Of a stretch of 64,000 nt of DNA, positions 19,513-28,598 are shown piece after piece. The first letter of the stretch is position 1. Every line of letters starts with the position of its first letter. The stretch lies in NCBI GenBank assembly GCA_016218805.1, contig JACRCW010000153.1, positions 1 to 64,000 on the forward strand, written 5' to 3'. The DNA comes from Deltaproteobacteria bacterium (GTDB taxonomy: Bacteria; Myxococcota; JACRCW01). A program made the translations under genes and the position numbers. The notes under the pieces are model-generated. The model worked only from the letters and a program-made list of their open reading frames with translations. It was not told where the DNA came from and ran no database searches.

Positions 19513-22500
19513 TCCGCTTCCGTCATCCGGATGTGCACGCTGCCGTCGGGCCGGACGTCCACGGCTTCCACGCGGAACGCGGTGCCGTGGGCAAACAGGA
19601 CCTCGGACTCCGCCCGGCCAAAATACGACAGCGCGGAGATGTCCCGTCCGGTGCGGGACTGGATGTCATACACAACGTTGCGCCTGCCCAGGGTGGTGGG
19701 CGCGGAGGCCGCGCTGGTGGTCGACAGGAAGTCATGGTGAACCACTGGAACGCCCTCCGCCATGTGCGCACGGTACTGCGCCACCAGCGCCGCGGGGTTG
19801 TCCAATTGCAGGCCGCGGAGCACGCGACCCTGGTATGCGGGCAACCGCGACAAGCCACGGTTGAGCGCCGCCACGTAGGGCAGGTGCTCGCGGATGGCCG
19901 CCGGGTCGGTGCTGCGCAAGGCCCGGTTGAGTTCCTTGAAACCGCTCATCGTGTACGCGTGAATGGCACGCGCCTCCTCGGGATGCGCCCGGAGTTGGGG
20001 CGAGGCCGCGGTCGCATCGTCCAGCCGGGCGCGTGCCAACTCACCCAGCGGCACCCGCTGGTCCAGGTACGCCCGTGCCGCGGGCTCCAAGGCGCGCCCG
20101 TGCAACGCCACGTCATAGAGCGCACGGGAGCGCTGCCGCAGCCCGTCCACGTACGCCTGCTCCGGCCCAGTCAGCGCCCGCCCGTCCTGCCTGGCGCGCG
20201 CCTCCAGGCTCCGGATTTGTTCGTAGATCCTGTGACCCGGACCCTCCTTCACGGCCAGGACGTCCCGGTGCTGCAACTGCACTTCCACGGTGGTGCCCTG
20301 CATGGGGACGTGGGCGATGACGTCTCGGTAACCCTCCGCCGTGGGCGTGGTGAAGCGGTCCTTGATGACGGCGTCGGGGTAGGTGCGGCGCAGGTCTTCC
20401 AACCCGCGGGCAAACGCCTCCGGGCTGTCGTAGACCACCATGCCGCGCGCCAGGTCCTTGAGCCGGGTCGGGTCGCCGCCGTAGTCGGCGAGGACCTTTT
20501 CCAGGGCGCGCGGGCGGCCCTTGAGACCGGGTACGGAGGCTTGGCCCCCCGTGCGCGCGGCGAGTCCTTCCAGGTCTGCCTTGAGGCGCGGGTGGGCCTC
20601 CGCCGCCCGGGTGTAGGCCGCGTCAAGCCCCGCTTCAATCTGCTGGCGCGTGCGGCCGCCCGGCGCGTCCAGTTGGGGTGTGACCAGCTCCGCGTCAGCC
20701 CCGGGTGCAGGCCGGGCGTCCAACGCGTCCACGGCGCGTCCAAACTCGGCGCGCGTGCTGGCCACGAATCCGGGGATGTCCGTGGCCCCTGCCGCGCTGG
20801 CCGTGTGGGTCACGAGCGCGCGCCCCTGGGCGCCGCCCACCTGGACCCCCACGGCGTTGCGAAGGGCTGTCTCGCGCATCACGCGCTGGCTGGCCAGTTC
20901 CTTGGCGGCGGCGGGATCCGTCCGGGCCCGGGGCTCCAACTCACGGATGCGCGCGTCAATGCCCGCCAGACGCTGGGAGTCGGACAACAGGATGGTGTTC
21001 TTGGCAGCCGCATCCAGCCGGGCCGCTGTTTCGCGCAGGGTGAGCTTGCGCGGGTCCAGCCCACGCAGCGCCTCCGTCACACTGCGGGCCTGCTGGCGCA
21101 TGGCCTCGCCGTGCGCGGCGTTCTGCGCCAGCTGTTCGCGCACGTGGACCGCCAATTCCGCGGGCGTGCGGCCCACCGGAACGGGCATGTCCATGGTGAA
21201 CGCCGGCCGGATTCCATCAGCGGGAACCTCCACCCGCACCACCGACTGGTCCCCACGGCGGAGGGGTGCCTGCACCGCCGCGTCGATGTTGCCGTGCGCG
21301 AGCGCATGGCCGGCGTTGTGACTGAGCTGGGCGCCGAGCACCTCTGCCCGGGCCGCCTTGGCCTGCGCCATGCGCAGCCCGTCGTACACCTTGGCAGGCT
21401 GGCCACCGCGCAGGGCTTCCGCGCGTGCGGTCAGCAGCTGGTTGCGCATGTCCTGGGCGTGCGTTGTTACCTCGTCATGGCTGTTGCCACCGGCGTACTC
21501 GCCCTGGGGCGCGGCGCCGGAATCATGCCCTTTCTGGAAGGCCTCCGCCCTCCGCGCGGCGGCTTGCGCCCCCTCCGGTGACAGGTCCAACCCGCGCGCG
21601 TCGTGCGGGTTGCCAAACACGGACGGGTCCGCCGTGTGGTCAAACGTGGTGCGTCCAAAGTCCGGGCGCGGGGTGCCCCGCCGGACGGCGGCGGCCTTGG
21701 CGGCGTGGACCACTTCGTGGGCGGATGAGTTGTTGCCCGGGTGCAGGTCCACCACCGCTTCGTGGCTCACGGCCAGCGTGTTGGTGGCGGGGTCATAGCT
21801 GGCGTTGGCGTGCGGGCTGAGTTCGGGGTCATAAACCACCTTCAGGGGCGTGTCGGTGGCCACGCGTCCGTTGCCGAATTTCTCGTTCAGGGAGCGCGCG
21901 AACCGGTTGAGCGGGTGGTTCCCTTCCGGCTTGATGATGATGCGTTCACGAATCCCACCGTCGGCGCTGAGCACCAGGTCGGGCGCCACGGCCACCCCCC
22001 CCTGCTCCAACCGCGCCTGCGCCTCGGCGGGCACGGACCTCCCGCTTGCTGCAGCGTCCCGGAACAACTGGTTCCGCTTCTGTTGCTGCAGCGGCGTGTA
22101 CGCGTCGGCTTCCAGGCGGGCACCCGGTGCCTCTGGCGGCTGACCTTGGGCAGCGGGCCGGACAGCCGGGTCAGCCACGTGGGGTGCATCCATTGGGACG
22201 CCGTGCGGATTGGCCGCCGTGCGCGGCGCGTTGTTGGGCGCGGCCAACGCGCCAGGCGGGTGGACCGGCAGCGGTGTGCCCACGTCAGCAGGCGTCACGC
22301 GCGGCGCCCCAGCGGTGCGGCCGCCGCCGGTGAGGTTGACGTCCACCGCCGTCCCCTTGAGCCCACCCAGGCCACCCACGGCGCCACCCACGACGACGCC
22401 CGCCAGGCCCTCCCGGGTGGTGACCGAACTGGTGGCCGCATCCTGCATGTTTCGCAGCCCCTGGCCGAAGCCCTGCGACCAGTTGTCCAGCTCAACCGCC

Positions 22501-25500
22501 TTACCTGCCGCGGCTCCCGACGCGTTACCCACTGCCGCGTCGGCCAGGCCGCCCACGACGCCACCGGACACCTTGCCCGCGGTGCCGCCGATCACCTTGA
22601 CGCCGGCGTTTTCCGCCGCCCGGGCGAATATTGCCCCGCCCTTGCCCGCGCCCACGGCCCCCGTGACGCCCTCAGCCGTCCCCTTGAGGGCGTCCTGTGC
22701 AAAGTCCCTGACCTGGTAGTCCCTGCCATCCGCCAGCGCGCCGGTGCCGGTCCTGACGGTCACGCCCGCCAGCGCGCCGGCGCCCGCCGCCACGGCAAAC
22801 CCCGCACCACCGGTGGCCACGCCCACCGCGCCCACCGCCAGGCTGGTGCCGGTATCCTTCACCCAATCCGTGGCTGCCTTGCGGTGGGTATCCACGTCTC
22901 CCAACCGCCGGTGCAGATTGTCCACCTTCTGGTCAATGATCTGCCGCTCCTTCTCCGTCAGGAAACCCTTGGACTGGTACTGCTTGTAGGTGTCCTGGAG
23001 GGTCTGGAACTCGCCGCGCGCGTCCGCCTTCATGCCGGACACGTTGATGCCAATGAAATCCGCCATCCCGTCGCCCAGGCCGCCGCGGTTCATGGTGCCA
23101 CCGTAGCGCTGCGCCAGCTGGGCCAGGTCCTTGTTCAGCGCGTCGGTCCGCTGTTTGTCGCCAGCCTGGATTCCCGCGTTGATTCCCTCCAGGGACCGCT
23201 TCGCCCAGTCGCGCTGGGCCTGGGTGGCGCTGGGGTCATCCGCGGTCTTCTTGTACAGGTCCGCCAGCGCCCGCACGTCGGCGTCGGCCTTGGCCGCGGC
23301 GTCCTTCAGGGCGCTCTGGGCCGCCGCCTCGCGGCTGAGGATGTCATTGCGCACAGCATCCGGCGCGTTGCCTTCGCGTGCGTGCTGGGCAACCTGCGTG
23401 CTGAGGATGGGGTCCATTGCGGTGGCCTGAGCCCGCGCGTGCTCCAGTTGCGCCTTCTCCGCCAGGAGCGCTGCCCGAACCTGCGGGCTCAGCTGGTCGT
23501 TCCGCAGGGCGTCGGTGGTGCGCTTCAGCTCGTCGCCAATCTTGGTCTGCGCTTCCCGCACCTTCTGGTTGTATTGCGCGCTCCCAAGCGGGAGACCCTG
23601 GGCATCCTTGAGGACCTGCGCCGCGTTGCCCGCGGCGCCTTCGGGGATGAACAGCTTGTTGTCCCGGTACAGCTTGCCGTCCGACGCTGCGAGTTGCGGG
23701 TTGTACATCATCAGGGTTGCCTTCGCGTCGGCCTCACTGATTCCCAGGCGCTTTGCCACGTCCTGGCTGAGCGTGGTCAGGTTGTCTCCCGCCTTCACCG
23801 TGTAATTGCCGCCTTTCACGTCGGCCGTCGCGCCTGCCTGGGTCGCCGCGTAGTAGTTCTTGAGCGCGTCGCGGCCGGCTGCGTCCTGCGTCTGCAGTGG
23901 AACCTTGAGGTTGATGCCGGCGGGGATTTCGGTGTCCTTGTATTTCGCCAGCTCCGGGTTGGCGGCACGCAGTTCGGCCACCGTCACGTTGTTGTCGCGC
24001 GCCAGCTTCTCCAGTGATCCCCCGGGCGGGAGCTTCACGTCCTTGGTCGCCACGGGCGGCGGCGTCTCCGCCGTGCCGGCCGAGGGGTCTCCCCCGGGTG
24101 CTCCCTCGCCATCCGCGCCCTGCCCGTCGGCGCCGTGCCCATCCGGCAACCCGCCGCCCGGCACGGCCTGCACCAGGTCGCTGAAGTTCCGGTTGCTCAC
24201 GGGCAGCTGCATGACGTCGGCTTCCGCCGCGGCGCGGGCCGCCTCGGCGCGCGCCAGCTCGGCCTTCCCCGCCGCGGTGTCGCGCGTCGCCTTGCGCGAA
24301 TCCAGCGTGCCCTGCAGCGCGGCGGCCCCAGCGCTGCGCGCGTCCCAGGACGCCTGCCGTGCCCCCACGGCGCCCTCGCGGGCCTTTCGCAGTTGTTGCT
24401 CGGCGTCGGCCACGGCGCGGGAATCACCAGACGCGCGGGCCTGTGCCAGGGAGGACTCCGCGTCCCGCACGGCCTGCTCCGCCGCCTTCTCGGCCTGCCC
24501 GCTCTTCAGCACCGAATCCGCCGCCTGCCCCAGGTTGGCCGCCGCGCGCAGCCCGTCAAACACCTGGTGCGTGCCGGCCTTGGCCGGGTCCGTGACGACG
24601 TTCCCCTGGGCATCCACCAGATTGCCGTCCTTGTCACGGTTCTGCTCAACGGCCGGGCCGTCCTTCCCGTCCTTGATGGTGCTGGCGGTGAACAGACCGG
24701 AGGCCGCCGCACCCAGGTAATCCTTCTCATTCACCGCGCGCGCCGTGTTGAGCGCGCCGCTGGCGACGTTGAGTCCGTGCTTCAGCCCGCCGCCGGTGCC
24801 GTCCTGCTTGGGGCCGCTGGCGTATGACGCGCCCAGGCTGGCCGCGGTGGAGGCCGCCCCCAGCAGGGAGCTGCGCTTGCTGCTCTCGGCGTCGGCCAGG
24901 CGCTTTTCCGCGTCGCGCACGGCGGTCGCGTCGCCGGAGGCGCGCGCCTGCGCCAGCGCGGCCTTCGCGTCGTTCACCGCCTTGTTGGCCGCCTGGATGT
25001 TCTGCACCGCGCCAATGCCCTGGGACGCGTTCTGCAGGTGCTTGCTCACCTCACCGAGCTTCTTGCCCACGCTCTCCATGGCCTTGGACGCGCCGCTGGC
25101 CGCGTTTCCCAAGCCCTGCGCCACGCCGCCCACCACGCCGGCCACCCCGCCGACAATTCCCGCAATCCCTCCCTGCTTGATGGACTGGATGCCGCGCGCC
25201 GCCTGCGCCACGCCGTTGCAGACGTTCACCACCGTCTTGAGGCCCTTGGACGCGGCGTCAAATCCCTTGCCCAGGGCTCCCGTGATGCCGCCGGCCACGG
25301 TGGAGGCGATGCCGGACACCGCGCCCAGGATGCTGCCGGCCTTTACCGCCTTCACCACGTTGATGACGCCGCTGACCACGCGCGCGGCCACGCCCACCGG
25401 CCCGGGAATGAAACTCGCCACCTTCAGGACGATGGGCGCGGCCTTCTTGATGAAGCTGCCCACCTTGGACAGGAAGCTGGGCTTCTTGGTCGAACTGCCG

Positions 25501-28500
25501 GTGACCGTGTTCTGGTCATTCACGGTCATCTTGACGTTGTGCTTGCCAATCTTGAACTCGTGGCTTCCTGGCGAGTTCACCGCCGCGGCAACCTTCTGCA
25601 GGTCACCGTTGGCGCTGCCCGTGCTCCCCGCGTGGCCAGGGATCTTGGCCGCGCCCCACAGGAGGTCCTTGGCTTCCTGGTCAGAGAGCTTGGGCGCGCC
25701 AATCTTGTCCAGCACCTGGAAGTTGTTGAGCGTCTTGCGGACGCGCTCCTGCTGCTCCTCCAACGTGGTGGCGCCGTTGATGTAGTTCGTGGCGGCCTGC
25801 AGCTGGTTGGGGTCCTGCTTCTCCAGCGGCACGCCCGCGTCACGCACCATGCCGGCCACGTCCCCGGCGGTGATCTCCTTGGGCGGGCCCTTGGGGTCCG
25901 CCTTCCCGTCGGGGTTCATCACCTTGGCGGCATACGCGCCATTCTGGTTCACCTGCGCCTGCGTGATGCCGCCCTGCTCCTGGCCGCGGGTGTTGAACGT
26001 GTTGACGGCCTGCTCGTTCCACAGCGCCTGCGGCGGGTTCTCGCCCAGGCCGGTGCCGATCTTCTGCGCGTCCTCCTCGGTGAGCGGCGGCCCCTGCCGA
26101 ACGGGCTTGCTGTCGACGATCGTCTTGGTCTCTGCCGCCGTGAACTCCGGGATGCCCTTGTTCTCCAGGACGTTGAACGTGTTCAGCGTCTTGCGCAGTT
26201 TCTCGGCCTGCTCGCCGGCGTCCTTGGCGTCGTTGACGTAGGCGGTGGCCTCCTGCAGGTGCGCGGGGTCCAGCTTGGACACGTCCACGCCGGCGTCCTT
26301 GGCCACCTGCGCCACGTCGTCCTGGGTCAGGGCCTTGGCGGGTTCATCCTTGTTGTCCTCCTTGATGCCCAGCGCCTCGCGCGCGGTCTTGCCGTTGGCG
26401 TTGACCTGCTTGTCCTCCAGCGACCCCTCCTTCGCGGCCGCGTCGTGGACCATGTTGATGGCCTGGTCGTGCCACATGTTGCCCGCGTTCACCGTTGTGT
26501 CGTCGCGCGGGATGTCCACCGGTGGCCGCGTCTCCGCGGGGGCCGCCGCGGCACCCTCCTGCGGCGGTGCCTCTTTGGCCGCGGTGGGCTCCGTCGTCGG
26601 AGGAGGAGGCGCCGGTGGCGCAGCGTCCGCCGGCTGCTGCGCGTCCGCCGCTTGGGGCGCTGGCGCCGCCGTTCCACGGCGCGCGGGCGCGCGGGCCTGG
26701 GCGTGCACCGCGCCTTCCGGCTGCGCCGCTGGGGCGTGCTCCCCTCTCGCTGCGCGGCCTCGCGCTCCACCACCACGCCGGCCGCCGTGCGCGCGCGGCT
26801 CCTGCGCCGGTTGTTCGGCGAGGTGCGCCTGTGCCCGCGCAATCGCCTCTTCAACGCTCTGCCCGGCCTCCGCGTCCAGCGCGGCGGTCTTCTCAGCAAA
26901 GTTCTTCCGGAGCAGTTCCTCCTTGAGCTTGGCGGTCTCGCCCTTCATCCAGTGGGCAATCGCCTCGCCGCCCTTGGTCTTGGCCAACAGCTCCGGCGGC
27001 AGGTCACGCGCGGCCTGCGCCGCCACCCGCCCCGCGGCCTCACGCGCCACGTCCATGAGCTTCTCTCCCGGCACCTTCCGCGCAAGGTCCAGCGCCAGGT
27101 TGCGCAGGCTCTCCGGGCCCTTGGTGGCGCCCAGCGTTCCCGGCGCCACGGCATGGGCCGCCGCCACCACGTGACCCGCCAGCACGGCCCCGTCCATCTT
27201 CCGCACAAGCTGGCCCACCTTGCGCGTCAGCTCGCCGCCGTTGGCCTTGCCGAGCAGGTCCCCCGGCATGCGCGCGGCAATCCCGCTGGCCACGCTGGCC
27301 AGGGACTCCACCGCCGCCTTCTTGACCACCTCCGAACTGAGTTTCTTGAACAGCCCCACCGCTTCCGGGTTTTCAGGCGCATTCACCGCCTGCTTGTGCG
27401 CAACCGCCTTGGCCGTCTCCGCCACCAGCGACGCCTCGCCCGCCGTGGGTTTGCTCCCCTTGCGGGACGTGGCGACCTGCTCGCGCGCGACAGAAGGCCG
27501 GGCAGCCTCCCGCAGCCCGACGGCCGCGTGAACCTCGGCCGCCGCACCGTTGGGTGCGGCCGCCGCCACCGGTTCGTTCGCGGACGGTGGGGCTGCTCCG
27601 GCTCCCGCCGGTTCCGCGCGGGCGCGCTCCGCGATTCTCGACGACGCGGCGTTCAGCGAACTGAGCGAACCACCCAGCACCTTCGCCACGTTGCCCGCCG
27701 CGTCCGTCAGCCGGTTGATGCACCGCGCGGCGTTCTTCACCACGTCCTGGACGCCGCTCCCGGCCCACGCCCCATCACTCTTGGCCTCGCGGTGCAGGAC
27801 GGCCAACTGCTTCTTCAGCTGGCCGGCCCCATCCGCCAGTGTCGTCGCGCTGCCGGCCACCTCGCTCATTGCTGCGTGCAGTTCCCCCTTGCCAACACCC
27901 TGCTCCACCTCGCGCGTGAGCCGGCGGAGCTCGCCTTGCGCGGCGCGGGCCTCGCCCATCAGGCGCCCGGCCTGCACCGTCGCCTGGCCCAACTCGCGCG
28001 CCCACCCGGCGGGGGCGCCGTCGCGCGCGGCCGCGCGTGCCAGCGTGGTGGCCTGCTGCAGCTCACCGCGCACGTCGGTGGCGGCCAGGGACGCTTTCTC
28101 CAGTTGCCCGCGCGCGTGCTCCACGCGCACGCCCACCGGCGCCTGCTGCGCGCCGGTCACGTCTCCCATCTGCAGGCGGTGCCGGACGTCGTCCAGTTGT
28201 TCCTGCGCGCGCGGGTCCGCCTCCGGCAGCAGCGCCTGCTCGGCGGACGGGCGGTCCGTCTGGGGCGCCGGTGCCTCGGCGGAATCCTCGTAGCCCGTCG
28301 TTGCCAGGCGGGCCGCGGCCTCCGCGGCGGGACCCTGCGGAGCCGTGCGCTGGACCGCGGCGGCATCCTCCGCGCGGTCGGCGTCTTCCTTCGGCGGCAG
28401 GCGGAGCTCCTGCCCGGCCTTCAGTGACCCGTCCTCGGCCACCTGCGGGTTGAGCTCGCGGAGTTTCTCCTCGGTCGTGCCGTTGTCGCGCGCCACATCG

Positions 28501-28598
28501 GCAAGCGTCTCGCCGGCCTTGGCGGTGGCCTTGGGTTCCTGCTTCTGCTCATCGTCCTGCTTCTGGACCGCCCTGGAACCACCGCTCTCAACGCGCAT
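19509..28598 (-). CDS. ~3030-aa LysM-containing polymorphic toxin-like protein with C-terminal RelA/SpoT-type synthetase and ADP-ribosyltransferase domains
   Basis: Three LysM-like domains; helical repeats; Gly/Ala-rich hydrophobic segments; HEVVH; KGRPRALEK / KDLARG / GYRD / EVQ; AIHAYT / LNRALR / VLRG / FLSTT / ESEVLF. ATG 28598 chosen; ORF open to 28673. Confidence 0.85.
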   Translation of the reverse strand: MRVESGGSRAVQKQDDEQKQEPKATAKAGETLADVARDNGTTEEKLRELNPQVAEDGSLKAGQELRLPPKEDADRAEDAAAVQRTAPQGPAAEAAARLATTGYEDSAEAPAPQTDRPSAEQALLPEADPRAQEQLDDVRHRLQMGDVTGAQQAPVGVRVEHARGQLEKASLAATDVRGELQQATTLARAAARDGAPAGWARELGQATVQAGRLMGEARAAQGELRRLTREVEQGVGKGELHAAMSEVAGSATTLADGAGQLKKQLAVLHREAKSDGAWAGSGVQDVVKNAARCINRLTDAAGNVAKVLGGSLSSLNAASSRIAERARAEPAGAGAAPPSANEPVAAAAPNGAAAEVHAAVGLREAARPSVAREQVATSRKGSKPTAGEASLVAETAKAVAHKQAVNAPENPEAVGLFKKLSSEVVKKAAVESLASVASGIAARMPGDLLGKANGGELTRKVGQLVRKMDGAVLAGHVVAAAHAVAPGTLGATKGPESLRNLALDLARKVPGEKLMDVAREAAGRVAAQAARDLPPELLAKTKGGEAIAHWMKGETAKLKEELLRKNFAEKTAALDAEAGQSVEEAIARAQAHLAEQPAQEPRAHGGRRGGGARGRAARGEHAPAAQPEGAVHAQARAPARRGTAAPAPQAADAQQPADAAPPAPPPPTTEPTAAKEAPPQEGAAAAPAETRPPVDIPRDDTTVNAGNMWHDQAINMVHDAAAKEGSLEDKQVNANGKTAREALGIKEDNKDEPAKALTQDDVAQVAKDAGVDVSKLDPAHLQEATAYVNDAKDAGEQAEKLRKTLNTFNVLENKGIPEFTAAETKTIVDSKPVRQGPPLTEEDAQKIGTGLGENPPQALWNEQAVNTFNTRGQEQGGITQAQVNQNGAYAAKVMNPDGKADPKGPPKEITAGDVAGMVRDAGVPLEKQDPNQLQAATNYINGATTLEEQQERVRKTLNNFQVLDKIGAPKLSDQEAKDLLWGAAKIPGHAGSTGSANGDLQKVAAAVNSPGSHEFKIGKHNVKMTVNDQNTVTGSSTKKPSFLSKVGSFIKKAAPIVLKVASFIPGPVGVAARVVSGVINVVKAVKAGSILGAVSGIASTVAGGITGALGKGFDAASKGLKTVVNVCNGVAQAARGIQSIKQGGIAGIVGGVAGVVGGVAQGLGNAASGASKAMESVGKKLGEVSKHLQNASQGIGAVQNIQAANKAVNDAKAALAQARASGDATAVRDAEKRLADAESSKRSSLLGAASTAASLGASYASGPKQDGTGGGLKHGLNVASGALNTARAVNEKDYLGAAASGLFTASTIKDGKDGPAVEQNRDKDGNLVDAQGNVVTDPAKAGTHQVFDGLRAAANLGQAADSVLKSGQAEKAAEQAVRDAESSLAQARASGDSRAVADAEQQLRKAREGAVGARQASWDARSAGAAALQGTLDSRKATRDTAAGKAELARAEAARAAAEADVMQLPVSNRNFSDLVQAVPGGGLPDGHGADGQGADGEGAPGGDPSAGTAETPPPVATKDVKLPPGGSLEKLARDNNVTVAELRAANPELAKYKDTEIPAGINLKVPLQTQDAAGRDALKNYYAATQAGATADVKGGNYTVKAGDNLTTLSQDVAKRLGISEADAKATLMMYNPQLAASDGKLYRDNKLFIPEGAAGNAAQVLKDAQGLPLGSAQYNQKVREAQTKIGDELKRTTDALRNDQLSPQVRAALLAEKAQLEHARAQATAMDPILSTQVAQHAREGNAPDAVRNDILSREAAAQSALKDAAAKADADVRALADLYKKTADDPSATQAQRDWAKRSLEGINAGIQAGDKQRTDALNKDLAQLAQRYGGTMNRGGLGDGMADFIGINVSGMKADARGEFQTLQDTYKQYQSKGFLTEKERQIIDQKVDNLHRRLGDVDTHRKAATDWVKDTGTSLAVGAVGVATGGAGFAVAAGAGALAGVTVRTGTGALADGRDYQVRDFAQDALKGTAEGVTGAVGAGKGGAIFARAAENAGVKVIGGTAGKVSGGVVGGLADAAVGNASGAAAGKAVELDNWSQGFGQGLRNMQDAATSSVTTREGLAGVVVGGAVGGLGGLKGTAVDVNLTGGGRTAGAPRVTPADVGTPLPVHPPGALAAPNNAPRTAANPHGVPMDAPHVADPAVRPAAQGQPPEAPGARLEADAYTPLQQQKRNQLFRDAAASGRSVPAEAQARLEQGGVAVAPDLVLSADGGIRERIIIKPEGNHPLNRFARSLNEKFGNGRVATDTPLKVVYDPELSPHANASYDPATNTLAVSHEAVVDLHPGNNSSAHEVVHAAKAAAVRRGTPRPDFGRTTFDHTADPSVFGNPHDARGLDLSPEGAQAAARRAEAFQKGHDSGAAPQGEYAGGNSHDEVTTHAQDMRNQLLTARAEALRGGQPAKVYDGLRMAQAKAARAEVLGAQLSHNAGHALAHGNIDAAVQAPLRRGDQSVVRVEVPADGIRPAFTMDMPVPVGRTPAELAVHVREQLAQNAAHGEAMRQQARSVTEALRGLDPRKLTLRETAARLDAAAKNTILLSDSQRLAGIDARIRELEPRARTDPAAAKELASQRVMRETALRNAVGVQVGGAQGRALVTHTASAAGATDIPGFVASTRAEFGRAVDALDARPAPGADAELVTPQLDAPGGRTRQQIEAGLDAAYTRAAEAHPRLKADLEGLAARTGGQASVPGLKGRPRALEKVLADYGGDPTRLKDLARGMVVYDSPEAFARGLEDLRRTYPDAVIKDRFTTPTAEGYRDVIAHVPMQGTTVEVQLQHRDVLAVKEGPGHRIYEQIRSLEARARQDGRALTGPEQAYVDGLRQRSRALYDVALHGRALEPAARAYLDQRVPLGELARARLDDATAASPQLRAHPEEARAIHAYTMSGFKELNRALRSTDPAAIREHLPYVAALNRGLSRLPAYQGRVLRGLQLDNPAALVAQYRAHMAEGVPVVHHDFLSTTSAASAPTTLGRRNVVYDIQSRTGRDISALSYFGRAESEVLFAHGTAFRVEAVDVRPDGSVHIRMTEAE

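Noticed and set aside
20100..20620. Housekeeping relA/spoT
   Set aside because: No HD, TGS or ACT domains; the synthetase domain is embedded in a toxin-like protein.
19413..28427. Long plus-strand ORFs (722, 758 and 1129 aa)
   Set aside because: Antisense shadows of the giant minus-strand gene; Arg/Gly/His-rich with no motifs, typical of high-GC DNA.
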